From NCBI GenBank assembly GCA_949283145.1, contig CASDRL010000022.1:1-62543 (forward strand): a stretch of 62,543 nt of DNA, given 5' to 3'. Every line of letters starts with the position of its first letter. Position 1 is the stretch's first letter. The notes beneath the pieces were generated by a model that saw only the letters and a list, made by a program, of their open reading frames with translations, did no database searches and was not told the DNA's origin. The translations under genes and the position numbers were made by a program. Shown here in pieces: positions 19,311 to 30,142 of this stretch. This DNA is from an uncultured Clostridia bacterium (GTDB lineage: Bacteria > Bacillota > Clostridia > Christensenellales > CAG-917).

Positions 19311-20486
19311 ATGGAAAGAGTCATAGTTATACGTTTCGGCGAGCTATTTTTGAAGGGCAAAAACCGCGATTATTTCGAGTCCATGCTCGTTCGCAACATC
19401 AAATGGGCGCTTGAAGGCGTGGAGCACACTTTCGAGCGTTCTCAGGGCAGATATTTTGTGGAAAATTTCGCCGAAGACGATGAGACGGAGCTCATCGACC
19501 GCCTGAAAAAGGTGTTCGGCATCCATTCCCTGTCCGTTGCGGACAAGGTCGCGGTGCGTGCGGATGAGGATTTTCCCGAGATCCGCGCCTCGCTTGCCGC
19601 CGCCGCTAAGCGCGCCGCGGAGGAAAGAGAGGGCAGGCTCCGCTTCCGCGTCACGGTGAAGCGTGCGGACAAGCGTATCCCTATGACCTCGGCAGAGATA
19701 GCCGCCGCGCTCGGCGGCACGGTGCTTGCGCTCGGCGGGTTCAAAGTGGATCTCACGGAATATGACTGCGACTTCAAGGTGGACATCCGCGAGAACGGGT
19801 GCGCGTTGGTCTACACCGATGTCATCCCCGGCGCGGGCGGGCTGCCCGTCGGCTGTTCCGGGCGGGGAGTGTTGCTCCTTTCCGGCGGCATAGACTCTCC
19901 CGTGGCGGCTTATATGATGGCAAAACGCGGGATGAAACTCTTTGCGGTGCACTTCGCGTCGCCGCCTTACACCTCGGAAAAGGCAAGAGAAAAGGTGGTG
20001 GAGCTCAGAAACATCGTCTCGGGCTATACGGGCAGGATGCGCCTCTTCGTGGTGCCTTTCACCGACATACAGCTCGCCATCCACAAGGATTGTCCCGCCA
20101 ATTTCATGATCACGATCATGCGCCGCTTTATGATGCGCATCGCCTGCCGCATCGCGGAAAGGTTCGAGTGCGGAGCTTTGGTCACCGGTGAGAGCCTGGG
20201 ACAGGTCGCGTCCCAGACGGTGGAGAGCATGACCTGCACGGGCGATACCGCGACTTTGCCCATCTTCCGTCCCCTCATCGGGATGGACAAGGACGAGATC
20301 GTCGCCGTCGCCAAAAAAATCGACACCTTCGAGACGTCCATACAGCCGTATGAGGACTGCTGCACGGTGTTTTTGCCCAAGTCTCCCGTCATCCACCCCT
20401 CTCTCGAAGCGGTGCGCAAGGCGGAAGCAGCCCTCGATGTCGACGATCTCGTGGAGCAGGCTCTTGCCGCAGTAGAAGAGTTTTGA
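19311..20486 (+). CDS. thiI: tRNA 4-thiouridine synthase
   Basis: GELFLKGKNR, THUMP domain, LLSGGIDSPVA, GESLGQVASQT, EDCC. Confidence 0.96.
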   Translation: MERVIVIRFGELFLKGKNRDYFESMLVRNIKWALEGVEHTFERSQGRYFVENFAEDDETELIDRLKKVFGIHSLSVADKVAVRADEDFPEIRASLAAAAKRAAEEREGRLRFRVTVKRADKRIPMTSAEIAAALGGTVLALGGFKVDLTEYDCDFKVDIRENGCALVYTDVIPGAGGLPVGCSGRGVLLLSGGIDSPVAAYMMAKRGMKLFAVHFASPPYTSEKAREKVVELRNIVSGYTGRMRLFVVPFTDIQLAIHKDCPANFMITIMRRFMMRIACRIAERFECGALVTGESLGQVASQTVESMTCTGDTATLPIFRPLIGMDKDEIVAVAKKIDTFETSIQPYEDCCTVFLPKSPVIHPSLEAVRKAEAALDVDDLVEQALAAVEEF

Positions 20487-20533
20487 CAAAGCCGCAGCGG
20501 ATGTGTTTGCGCCGATATTGTTTTAAGTGAGAC

Positions 20534-20560
20534 AAAACGACCGCTTTAGCGGTCGTTTTT
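20534..20560. terminator. Bidirectional terminator between convergent thiI and the PBP gene
   Basis: AAAACGACCGCT-tt-AGCGGTCGTTTT. Confidence 0.8.
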
Positions 20561-20561
20561 A

Positions 20562-23009
20562 TCATTGCACTCGGGAACGGAAAGGCAGGAATGCGGACGG
20601 AAAACAACTTTTTTCCGCGCTGCCGAGCAATTTTTCGCTCTCTTTTGACAGCACTTCGACGGTGTAAGTCACCTTGTCCCCGAATGAGAACGGCGTGTGT
20701 GAGAGTGTGACCGAAAGCGCGGGGAAACGCTCCGTCTCTCTGATTTTTTCCCGCTTCAGGACGGAGACTTCGCCCTTGCCGGCATATGCCGTTGTACCCC
20801 CGCGAATGACGGCGTCTCCGAAGTATCCGCCATTTTTTGCTCTGCCGTATTGCGGCGTCTCGTTTGCTTTTATGAGAGAGCCGCTTTCGCCGTCCAGCAC
20901 CGCTATGCGCCTTTTCCCGAGAGAATCGAGGCAATATATCTCGTATACGAATGGTTCTTCCGCAGTCAGCGAAAGTGTGACGGCGTCTTCCGCCGCAAGC
21001 TCGAAGTCGGGTGCGGCGCCCGCAAAGCGGGATCCCGCCGTATCCGCACGGTGCGCAATGTCGAAAAGCTCTTTGAAGACATATTTTTCGGGGGTGTCGG
21101 GGAGGGCGAGGACGGTCTTGCCGCCGCAGAAAGTGGAGTAAGCGTCCACTTCTTCTTCGGTCACGGAGCGCGGCAGAGCGAAGGGCACCGGTCCGTCGCC
21201 TTTTTGATAGACCGTTTTCCAGATGTTTGCGGCGTGGCGGGCGGGATGTCCGCCGCCGAGTTCCGTCATCTTTTCCGCACCGTGCCATACGGCGAGAGTG
21301 TGTTCGGTGGTATAACTCACGCACCATGCGTCGGTGTTGGCGTCCGCATTGAGCTGCACCGTGCCCGTCTTTGCCGCGATGTCGAACGGCAGTGAGGAGA
21401 GGGCTTTTGCGGTGCCGGTGCGGGCTGTGTCGGCAAGGCAGTCGGTGACGAGAGCCGCCGCGGCAGGCGAGACCGCCGCGCGCGCCGTACAGTTGTTCAC
21501 GGGCAGTTTTTTGTCTTCCTTCACGATCGCGCGCACAAAATGCGGCTTGACGAAGTTGCCTTCTCTCGCGAGGGCGGAATATGCTCCCGCCATTTCTACC
21601 GGGCTCACGCCTTTTGCCGTAGCGCCCAGCGCAAGAGTCAGCGCGGCGTCTTTGTCGGTGACGGGAAGTCCGAATTTTTTGCAGCATTCGGCTCCGCGGT
21701 CTGCCCCTAGATAGGACAGTATCTTGACGGCGACGGTGTTGACGGAATGTTTCAGCGCCTCTCGCGGAGTGATGTCGCCGAGATAGTTCCCGCCGAAGTT
21801 TTCGGGCTGCCATCCGCGGAAGTCTGTCCTTTCGTCGCGTACGGGGGTGGCGAGAGTGATGACTCCTGCGTCCAGTGCGGGCGCATAGACAGCGATCGGT
21901 TTCATCACGGATCCCGCCTGACGGCGCACTTCATAGCCCGTGGTGTTGTAGTAGGCGACTATCTCCCCCGTGGCATTTTCGATGAGCACTGCCTCGCCGT
22001 CGACTTCGGGGGAGGAGTAGACGGCGGGGTTTTCCGTCTCACGGACAAGCGCGGACTGCGCGGAAGGGTCGTAGGCGGTGAGGAGAGTGAGCCCGGAATT
22101 GCTGAGCTCGTATTCCGTGATGCCGAGCAGTTCACACGCCTCTTTTACGGCGGCGGCGACATAGCGCGCGGCGGGGTCGCTCTTTTCCGTTCCTTCCGAT
22201 ACGACGAGCTTTTCCGCTTTGGCTTTGTCGCGTTCCTCTTCCGTCAGGCATCCTTCGCGGTACATCACGTCGAGGACGAGGTCGCGGCGTGCGACGGCGT
22301 TTTCGGGGTGATTTTTCGGGGAATATTCCGCGGGATTTTTGAGTATCCCCGCAAGAGTCGCAGCCTGCGCCGCGGTGAGGTCCTCGGGCTCTTTGCCGAA
22401 ATAGACCCGGCTCGCTTCCTTTATGCCGTAGGCGCCCGAGCCGAAATATATGACGGAAAGGTACATCGAGAGGATCTCGTCCTTCGAATAGTTCTGTTCG
22501 AGCTTGGCGGCGATGGCGATCTCCTTCAGCTTGCGCTCCAGGGTGCGCTCCGCGCTGAGATGCGTGTTTTTGACAAGCTGCTGAGTGATGGTGGAAGCAC
22601 CTTCGACGGTGCGACCCGAGCGGATGTTTTTGATGACGGCGCGCAGCATCCCTTTGGGGTCGTAGCCCTTGTGGGAATAGAACCGCTTGTCTTCGAGCGC
22701 GACGAACGCGTCCGTGACCCGTCGCGGCAGAGAGCCCGGTTCGATATAGTTGTCCGCAGCGTATTCAAGTTCGTTCCCGTGACGGTCGAGTACGACGGGG
22801 AGTGCTGTTGCGGTGGGGAGAAGAGAGGGGTCGAACTCCGCCTTTTCGACGCTTGAACGGAACCACAGCCAGCCGCCCAGCGTCGCCGCGCCGCAGAGCA
22901 CGGCGAGGACGGCAAGGGCGATGAGGACGCCTGCGGCGGTCTTTTTCAAAATTTTCTTCCGTTTGTTTTCCGCGGTCGCGGTCTGCTTTTCGGGCTCTCG
23001 GTTTTTCAT
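20562..23009 (-). CDS. Class A penicillin-binding protein (GT51 transglycosylase plus transpeptidase)
   Basis: EDKRFYSHKG, GASTITQQLVKN, RKLKE; transpeptidase SVMK, SVN, KTGT; N-terminal TM. Confidence 0.93.
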   Translation of the reverse strand: MKNREPEKQTATAENKRKKILKKTAAGVLIALAVLAVLCGAATLGGWLWFRSSVEKAEFDPSLLPTATALPVVLDRHGNELEYAADNYIEPGSLPRRVTDAFVALEDKRFYSHKGYDPKGMLRAVIKNIRSGRTVEGASTITQQLVKNTHLSAERTLERKLKEIAIAAKLEQNYSKDEILSMYLSVIYFGSGAYGIKEASRVYFGKEPEDLTAAQAATLAGILKNPAEYSPKNHPENAVARRDLVLDVMYREGCLTEEERDKAKAEKLVVSEGTEKSDPAARYVAAAVKEACELLGITEYELSNSGLTLLTAYDPSAQSALVRETENPAVYSSPEVDGEAVLIENATGEIVAYYNTTGYEVRRQAGSVMKPIAVYAPALDAGVITLATPVRDERTDFRGWQPENFGGNYLGDITPREALKHSVNTVAVKILSYLGADRGAECCKKFGLPVTDKDAALTLALGATAKGVSPVEMAGAYSALAREGNFVKPHFVRAIVKEDKKLPVNNCTARAAVSPAAAALVTDCLADTARTGTAKALSSLPFDIAAKTGTVQLNADANTDAWCVSYTTEHTLAVWHGAEKMTELGGGHPARHAANIWKTVYQKGDGPVPFALPRSVTEEEVDAYSTFCGGKTVLALPDTPEKYVFKELFDIAHRADTAGSRFAGAAPDFELAAEDAVTLSLTAEEPFVYEIYCLDSLGKRRIAVLDGESGSLIKANETPQYGRAKNGGYFGDAVIRGGTTAYAGKGEVSVLKREKIRETERFPALSVTLSHTPFSFGDKVTYTVEVLSKESEKLLGSAEKSCFPSAFLPFRSRVQ

Positions 23010-23154
23010 CGTGATTTATTATTGTGTTTTCGCCGCTTTTTATGTATAATTATTAGACCGATAAAATTTGCGCACGCACGCATATATGCATGCCCCATGC
23101 GCGCACGGGCGCCCGCGGCAGACGCCGCCGGCGGCAGAGGAAGAACAAGACAAG

Positions 23155-24504
23155 ATGAAGTATAAGATCGTCACATACGGCTGTCAGATGAACGTGCACG
23201 AATCCGAGAAGATAGCGGGGCTCCTCGAAGGGATGGGCGCCGCGGCTTGCAAAGAGGATGAGAGCGCGGATATAGTCGTATTCAACACCTGCTGCATCCG
23301 CGACAATGCGGAGCGCCGCGCCCTCGGCAACATCGGCGTCGTGAAAGGCGAGAAGAAAAAGAATCCGAGTATGGTCATCGCCGTCGTCGGCTGCATGACG
23401 CAGCAGAGCGGGATGGCGGACACGATAAGATCGCGTTATCCCTATGTCGACATCGTCCTCGGCACCCGCAACATATTCGCTCTGCCGGAAGAGATAAAAA
23501 AGGTGCTTGCGGCGCGCGCCGCGATGAAAAAGCGTTCCGACAAGCGCTATCGCGCCTTCGAAACGGACTATGCAGAGGACTATCTCGCCCTCGACGAGGC
23601 GGCGCCCGTTGCCCGCACGAGTTTCCCGAATGCATGGGTCAACATCATTTACGGCTGCAACAATTTCTGCACCTATTGCATAGTGCCGTATGTGAGAGGC
23701 AGGGAACTTTCCCGCCCGATGCCGGCGGTGCTGGACGAGGTGAAAAGAGCGGTCGACGAGGGTTACGGCGAGATAACCTTGCTGGGGCAGAACGTCAACT
23801 CCTACGGGCATGACCTTTCGGGCGGAGAGAGCTTTGAAAAGCTCCTCAGAGAGATAAGCCGGATAGAGGGGAAATTCCGCGTGCGCTTCATGACCTCCCA
23901 CCCCAAGGATCTCACGGACGGCGTGATCGCTGCCATGGCGGAGAGCGGGTGCGTCTGCAACAACATACATCTTCCCGTGCAGTCCGGCTCCGACAAGGTG
24001 CTTCGCGACATGAACCGCCGTTATACGCGCGACCGCTATTTCTCCCTCATCGAAAAATTGCGCGCGGCGATGCCGGACATCGGCATCACGACGGACGTCA
24101 TGGTGGGCTTCCCGACGGAGACGGAGCAGGACTTTAAGGATACGACGGATCTTGTGAAAAGTGTGCGTTTCTCGAATGCGTTCACTTTCATATATTCGCC
24201 GCGGAAGGGCACTCCCGCAGCCGAAATGCCGCAGATCCCGTACGCCGTCAAACGCGCGCGCATAGGCGAACTGATAAAATTGCAGAACACCGTAACAAAG
24301 GAACTTTCCGAAGATTATGTGGGCGGAGTGTACGAAGTGCTTACCGAAGACGTTTCGCCGAAACACCCCGGGATGCTGTGCGGCAGGACCGAAAGCGGCA
24401 GGCTCGCCACCTTCCCCGGGACGCCCGATAAGATCGGCAGGTTTGTAAACGTGAGGATCACGGAGGCGCGCTCGGCGTCACTGTTCGGCATTGCGGAGGA
24501 ATGA
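23155..24504 (+). CDS. miaB: tRNA methylthiotransferase
   Basis: TYGCQMN, NTCCIR, GCNNFCTYCIVPYVRG radical SAM motif, C-terminal TRAM domain. Confidence 0.96.
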   Translation: MKYKIVTYGCQMNVHESEKIAGLLEGMGAAACKEDESADIVVFNTCCIRDNAERRALGNIGVVKGEKKKNPSMVIAVVGCMTQQSGMADTIRSRYPYVDIVLGTRNIFALPEEIKKVLAARAAMKKRSDKRYRAFETDYAEDYLALDEAAPVARTSFPNAWVNIIYGCNNFCTYCIVPYVRGRELSRPMPAVLDEVKRAVDEGYGEITLLGQNVNSYGHDLSGGESFEKLLREISRIEGKFRVRFMTSHPKDLTDGVIAAMAESGCVCNNIHLPVQSGSDKVLRDMNRRYTRDRYFSLIEKLRAAMPDIGITTDVMVGFPTETEQDFKDTTDLVKSVRFSNAFTFIYSPRKGTPAAEMPQIPYAVKRARIGELIKLQNTVTKELSEDYVGGVYEVLTEDVSPKHPGMLCGRTESGRLATFPGTPDKIGRFVNVRITEARSASLFGIAEE

Positions 24505-27140
24505 TGGAAATAGACGTAAAGAAACTTTCACCGATGATGCAGCGCTATTTCGAGATAAAGGCAAATTATCCCGACAGTTTGCTGTTTTTCAGGCTCGGCG
24601 ACTTTTACGAGATGTTTTTCGAAGACGCGGAGACGGCGTCCCGCGTGCTCGACCTCACCCTCACGGGGCGCGACTGCGGGCTGAAAGACCGCCGTGCACC
24701 CATGTGCGGCGTGCCTTATCACGCGGTGGACAACTACATCCGCCGTCTCATCGACGCGGGATACAGGGTCGCGATCTGCGAGCAGCTCACCGATCCCGCG
24801 ACTTCAAAAGGGATGTTGGAGCGCGACGTCGTGAGGGTGGTCACTCCCGGCACCGTGATGGAAGAGGAGATCCTCGACGAAAAAGTCACCAATTATCTCG
24901 CCTCGGTGTGCCTTTGCGGCGACGCTTTCGGGCTGGCGTGGACGGACATCAGCACGGGGGAATTCTGCCTTTACGAATATGAAGGCGAGGACTGGGCGAC
25001 CAGGCTCTCCGACGTGCTGTCCTCCGCAAAACCGTCGGAATTCGTGTGCAACGAGGAGTTCGAGTCCGCATGGCGCAATGTCCCGTACTTTTCTTTCACG
25101 GATGCCAAACCGCGCTGCTGGCACGGGTTTGCCTACAATCTCCGCACGGCGGAAAAGAGACTTTGCGAAACTTTGGGCGTAGCGTCTCTTGCCGCATTCG
25201 AAGTCGAGGACAAGAAATACGCGGTGTCCGCAGCAGGCGGACTGCTGGAATATCTTTTGCAGACGCAGAAGCGCACGCTCGCGCAGATCGGCAGCGTCAC
25301 ATATCTGCATGATAAGTCCTTCATGCTGCTCGACGCGGCAACGCGGCGCAATCTCGAACTCACCGCCCGCGCCCGTGACGGCAAAAAGACGGGCTCTCTC
25401 ATAGGCGTGCTCGACAGGACGCGCACCGCAATGGGCGCGCGCACTTTGAGGGCGTGGCTCGAAAGACCTCTGAGGGACGAAAAAGCCATCAACGCCCGTC
25501 TTAATGCGGTGGAAACGTTGGTCGAAGACAGAGAGGCGCGCGAGAGCATCATCGAATCGTTGGGCGATGTCCGCGACCTGGAAAGGCTTGCGGGGCGGGT
25601 GGCGTACGGATCCGCAACGCCCGGGACGCTCATTGCGGTCTCTGACACGTTGAATGTGCTCCCCGCGCTCAAAAAGGCGGTTTCCGAGCTCAAAGATCCG
25701 CTCATAAAGCGCATCGCCGCAGACATCAGACCTTTGCCGCAGCTTGCGTCGGAGCTCGACCGCGCGCTGGAACGCAGCGCCCGCAAACTGGAAAAGGACG
25801 GCACCGGCGGCTATATCATCGCCCGTGGCTACGACAAAACTCTCGATTCGCTGCGGGACGTCAAGACCACGGCGCAGGAGTGGCTGACCAACCTCGAAGC
25901 CCGGGAGCGCGAAGCGACGGGGATACGCGGGCTCAAAGTCAAATATAACAAGGTGTTCGGCTACTACATCGAGGTGACGAATTCCTTCCTCGACAAGGTC
26001 CCGTACCGCTATCAGCGCAAGCAGACTCTTGTCGGTGCGGAAAGATTCATCACGGAAGAGCTGAAAGAGATCGAAACGCGCATTCTCACCGCGCACGAAG
26101 AGGCGGCGGCGCTCGAAAACAGGCTTTTCGACGAACTGAGGTCCAAGACTTTTCAGGAGCTTGCCTCTTTGCAAAAGACCGCGCGCGCCATCGCCGCACT
26201 GGATGTGCTGTGTTCATTCGCGGCGGTGGCGGTGCGTTCGGGCTATGTCAAGCCCGTCATCGGAGCGAAGGTGAAAGCCATCGACATAAAGGACGGCAGA
26301 CATCCCGTCGTCGAAACGCTGATGGAGCACGGCGCATATGTCCCCAACGATACGCTCCTTGACAGCGGCGACAACCGCACCGTCATCCTTACGGGGCCCA
26401 ATATGGCGGGGAAGAGCACTTATATGCGGCAGGTCGCCCTCATCACGCTCATGGCGCACATAGGCTCATTCGTGCCCGCAAAAAGCGCGGAGATCACTTT
26501 GACGGACAGGATCTTCACCCGCATAGGCGCAAGCGACGATCTTTCCGGCGGACAGTCCACGTTCATGGTGGAGATGATCGAAGTCGCCACCATCCTTAAC
26601 TACGCCACTTCCTCTTCGCTGCTCATATTGGATGAGATCGGACGGGGAACATCTACTTACGACGGGCTGAGTATCGCGTGGGCGGTGCTGGAATACATCA
26701 CATCCGCGATCCGCGCAAAGACGCTGTTTGCCACTCATTTCCACGAGCTCACGGACGCGGAGAGCTTCGGCGGAGTGAAAAACTACCGCGTCCTCGTCAG
26801 CGAGACGAAGGACAGGATCGTGTTCCTGCACAAGATAGCCAGAGGCAGCGCGTCCAGAAGTTTCGGCGTGGAAGTCGCGTCGCTCGCAGGCGTCAAAAAG
26901 AGCGTGATCGAACGCGCGCGCGGGATCATGGCGGAGCTTGAGAAGCGCGCCGCGGACCGCGATTCCAACAGTATGCTGCTGGCGTCGTCGGGCGGCAACC
27001 GCGAGGTCAGGCAGACCAGCCTTTTCGACAGAGAGGATTCCGAAGTGGAAAAGGAACTCAGAGAAATAGACGTCGAGAATCTGACGCCGCTGCAGGCGCT
27101 CACCGTTCTCAATGACCTCAAAAAGAAACTGGAAGATTGA
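24501..27140 (+). CDS. mutS: DNA mismatch repair protein MutS
   Basis: FRLGDFYEMF, GPNMAGKSTYMRQ, STFMVEM, DEIGRGTST. Confidence 0.98.
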   Translation: MMEIDVKKLSPMMQRYFEIKANYPDSLLFFRLGDFYEMFFEDAETASRVLDLTLTGRDCGLKDRRAPMCGVPYHAVDNYIRRLIDAGYRVAICEQLTDPATSKGMLERDVVRVVTPGTVMEEEILDEKVTNYLASVCLCGDAFGLAWTDISTGEFCLYEYEGEDWATRLSDVLSSAKPSEFVCNEEFESAWRNVPYFSFTDAKPRCWHGFAYNLRTAEKRLCETLGVASLAAFEVEDKKYAVSAAGGLLEYLLQTQKRTLAQIGSVTYLHDKSFMLLDAATRRNLELTARARDGKKTGSLIGVLDRTRTAMGARTLRAWLERPLRDEKAINARLNAVETLVEDREARESIIESLGDVRDLERLAGRVAYGSATPGTLIAVSDTLNVLPALKKAVSELKDPLIKRIAADIRPLPQLASELDRALERSARKLEKDGTGGYIIARGYDKTLDSLRDVKTTAQEWLTNLEAREREATGIRGLKVKYNKVFGYYIEVTNSFLDKVPYRYQRKQTLVGAERFITEELKEIETRILTAHEEAAALENRLFDELRSKTFQELASLQKTARAIAALDVLCSFAAVAVRSGYVKPVIGAKVKAIDIKDGRHPVVETLMEHGAYVPNDTLLDSGDNRTVILTGPNMAGKSTYMRQVALITLMAHIGSFVPAKSAEITLTDRIFTRIGASDDLSGGQSTFMVEMIEVATILNYATSSSLLILDEIGRGTSTYDGLSIAWAVLEYITSAIRAKTLFATHFHELTDAESFGGVKNYRVLVSETKDRIVFLHKIARGSASRSFGVEVASLAGVKKSVIERARGIMAELEKRAADRDSNSMLLASSGGNREVRQTSLFDREDSEVEKELREIDVENLTPLQALTVLNDLKKKLED

Positions 27141-27143
27141 GCT

Positions 27144-29075
27144 ATGGGCAGAATAAATATTTTGCAGCCGGGAGTTTTCAATATGATATCGGCGGGCGAA
27201 GTCGTGGAGCGCCCCGCCTCCGTCGTAAAGGAACTCGTGGAAAACAGCATTGACGCCGGCGCGACGGAGATATCCGTCGTGATAGAAGAGGGCGGTATCC
27301 GCCGCATCACTGTCAGCGATAACGGCACCGGAGTGCTTTCCGACGACATGCGCGCAGCGTTCCTTCCGCACGCGACGAGCAAACTCGCCGAGATAGTCGA
27401 CCTCGACACAGTCTCGACGCTCGGTTTCCGCGGCGAGGCGCTCGCGAGCATCGCCTCCGTGAGCGAAGTCACCATGATCTCTCACGCGGACGGCGCGCCC
27501 GCGGCGAACAGGATCGTGCTGAGCGCGGGAAAAGTGACCGAAGAGTGCGTGGACAGCCGCGCAAAAGGCACTTCCGTCACCGTTGAGAATCTCTTTTTCA
27601 ACACCCCCGCGCGCCTCAAATTCCTGAAAAAACCTTCCGTCGAACAGGGATATATCGTGGATGCGGTGGAGAAGATCGTATTGTCCGATCCCTCCCTCAG
27701 GATCTCGCTCAGCAACGAAAAGGGCGTGCTTTTGGAGCATGCTGGCGGCGATCTCGCGTCCGCGATGGCTGCGGTATATCCCGCCTTGGATATGAAGCGC
27801 TTTTTAAAGGTGGACAGGCTGTCTTCAAGCGGCGTCAGAGTCCGCGGCTATATCTCCGAAGTGGATAACACCGCGCCCACCAGGTCTCGCCAGACGGTGA
27901 TCGTCAACGGCAGACCCGTAAGCGTGGACACCGTCTCCGCCGCCGTGGATAAAGCGTATCGGGATTATCTCGTCAAACGCACTTATCCGATGTATGTGCT
28001 GGACATCCTCGTGCCGTTCGAAGACGTTGACGTCAATGTGCATCCCGCCAAAGCCGAAGTGCGTTTCCGCAACAAAAACGCCGTTTTCGGCGCCGTGTTC
28101 AGAGCCGTCGAAGAGGCGCTTAAAAGCTCTTTTTCCGAGCGCGAACACGCTTTTGAGCCTGCGGATAACTCGGATGCCGCCCCCATTGGGGATCCCGTCC
28201 GTTATGAGCAGACGGCAATGGATACCGCGGCTATGTATCCCTTTGAAGAAGAAGGCAGCGTTTCGCCGTACGGCACGGTCGTCGGTGTGAGCCGCGGCAG
28301 CGGGCGCGATGTTCCGTTCGACATCAGCTCCCTCCGGAATGCCGGAGCCGTCCGCGCGGGCTGGGCGCACGATCAGGTGTCCGACAGCAGCATTTCGCCT
28401 TATGCGACGGACGGCGCGGTGACGAGGGATATATATTCCGGGGCTGTCGCGAGCGAAATTGACGAGGATTTAGCGAATAGTTCTAACGGCAGGTTCCGTC
28501 TTTTCGACGGCACCATCGTCGGACAGATATTTGACACCTATCTCATTGTCGAACGCGCAAACGTGGTCTACATCATAGATCAGCATGCCGCACACGAACG
28601 CATCCTGTATGACAAGCTAATGAAACAGCTCGATCCGGAATATGCCCAAACATTGCTCATCCCGCACAAGCTGCGTCTCTCGGGCGAGGAAGGGGAATAT
28701 TTCGAAAAGGTGATGCCCGCGCTCAACGGAATGGGGTTCGTCATCGAAAAGAAAAGCAGCAGTTTCATCGTGTACGCCGTGCCCGAGCTCGTGGTCAGGA
28801 TGGACTTCGAGCGATTTTTGTCCGAACTGTTCTTGCACATGTTGGACGACGGCGAACTCAAACTTTCCGACCTCGTCAAAGAGAACGTTTGCAGGGACGC
28901 GTGCCGAGCTGCGATCAAAGGCGGAGAACATCTCTCCAAAATTCAGATCGAACAGGTGCTCTCAAACTTTATAGATGAAAAAGGCGTATTGCCGCAAAAG
29001 TGTCCGCACGGGCGCCCCGCCGTCGTTGCGCTCACTCGGCGCGATCTTGAGAAAATGTTTTTGAGGATCGTGTAG
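27144..29075 (+). CDS. mutL: DNA mismatch repair endonuclease MutL
   Basis: AGEVVERPASVVKELVENSIDAG, GFRGEALAS, DQHAAHERI, ACR, CPHGRP. Confidence 0.98.
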   Translation: MGRINILQPGVFNMISAGEVVERPASVVKELVENSIDAGATEISVVIEEGGIRRITVSDNGTGVLSDDMRAAFLPHATSKLAEIVDLDTVSTLGFRGEALASIASVSEVTMISHADGAPAANRIVLSAGKVTEECVDSRAKGTSVTVENLFFNTPARLKFLKKPSVEQGYIVDAVEKIVLSDPSLRISLSNEKGVLLEHAGGDLASAMAAVYPALDMKRFLKVDRLSSSGVRVRGYISEVDNTAPTRSRQTVIVNGRPVSVDTVSAAVDKAYRDYLVKRTYPMYVLDILVPFEDVDVNVHPAKAEVRFRNKNAVFGAVFRAVEEALKSSFSEREHAFEPADNSDAAPIGDPVRYEQTAMDTAAMYPFEEEGSVSPYGTVVGVSRGSGRDVPFDISSLRNAGAVRAGWAHDQVSDSSISPYATDGAVTRDIYSGAVASEIDEDLANSSNGRFRLFDGTIVGQIFDTYLIVERANVVYIIDQHAAHERILYDKLMKQLDPEYAQTLLIPHKLRLSGEEGEYFEKVMPALNGMGFVIEKKSSSFIVYAVPELVVRMDFERFLSELFLHMLDDGELKLSDLVKENVCRDACRAAIKGGEHLSKIQIEQVLSNFIDEKGVLPQKCPHGRPAVVALTRRDLEKMFLRIV

Positions 29076-29077
29076 GC

Positions 29078-30064
29078 ATGGGCGGCGAAAGAGAAAAATA
29101 TCCGTTCGGAGCGCCGAATGCGGTGTTCGTTATGGGACCCACGGCGTCAGGAAAGTCAGAGTTTGCGTTCCGCATCGCAAAACGCTTCGGCGGCGAGATA
29201 ATTTCTGCCGACAGCATGCAGATATACCGCGGGCTCGACATCGGCACCGCCAAAGAACCCGAGTCCCGCCGCGCGGAAGTGCCGCATTCCATGATCGACA
29301 TAGTCGGCCCCGCCGAAGAATATTCCGTCGCGCGGTTTCGCGACGAAGCGACAGAGGCGGGCAAAAAAGCTCTTCTTGAAGGCAGACTTCCCGTTTTTGT
29401 CGGCGGAACGGGACTATATTTCGAGAGTCTGTTTTATCCTCTGAGTTTCGGCAGCGCGATGAAGGATCCGCAGCTCAGGAAGGAACTCGAAGACGAGCTT
29501 GCGCGTACGGGTGCCGAAGCCATGCACCGCAAACTCGCCGCCGCGGACCCGTCTGCCGCCGCGCGTCTGCACCCCAACGACACAAAACGCGTCATTCGCG
29601 CTCTGGAGATATCTCTGTCGGGTGCCGCCGTCAACAGAGCCGAAACGGGAACGGAAGTCCCGGATGTTATCGCGCTGAAATTCGAGCCGAGAGACAGAGC
29701 CGCACTGTATGCGCGCATCAACTGCCGCGTCGAAGAGATGATGAAGGCGGGGCTCAAAAACGAGATCGCGCGGATAAGTCCCGATCCCGAATGGCAGAGC
29801 ATGCAGGCGATAGGTTACAAGGAATTTATGGTATATTCCGCGCGCATACGCGACGGCAAGCTGCCGCTGACAGACGAGGAACTCGCCGCGACTGCCGAAC
29901 TCATCAAAAAACATACGCGCAATTACGCCAAACGACAATTGACGTGGTTCCGCCGCTACGCTTTTGCCGCAAGTTTCGATGTCGGTGACTTTGACGCCGC
30001 GGAGGAATACGTTGCAAAGCGTCTTGCGGAAAGCGGACGGCGGAATGCCGCCCGGACAGATTAA
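29078..30064 (+). CDS. miaA: tRNA dimethylallyltransferase
   Basis: GPTASGKS, DSMQIYRGLDIGTAK, GGTGLY, TRNYAKRQLTWF. Confidence 0.97.
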   Translation: MGGEREKYPFGAPNAVFVMGPTASGKSEFAFRIAKRFGGEIISADSMQIYRGLDIGTAKEPESRRAEVPHSMIDIVGPAEEYSVARFRDEATEAGKKALLEGRLPVFVGGTGLYFESLFYPLSFGSAMKDPQLRKELEDELARTGAEAMHRKLAAADPSAAARLHPNDTKRVIRALEISLSGAAVNRAETGTEVPDVIALKFEPRDRAALYARINCRVEEMMKAGLKNEIARISPDPEWQSMQAIGYKEFMVYSARIRDGKLPLTDEELAATAELIKKHTRNYAKRQLTWFRRYAFAASFDVGDFDAAEEYVAKRLAESGRRNAARTD

Positions 30065-30142
30065 GGCTTTCAAACAAAAGTTAATTGTGTCCGGAACAAG
30101 AACTATCGAAAACAAGGAATTTTAGAATACTTCGGTGTAAAT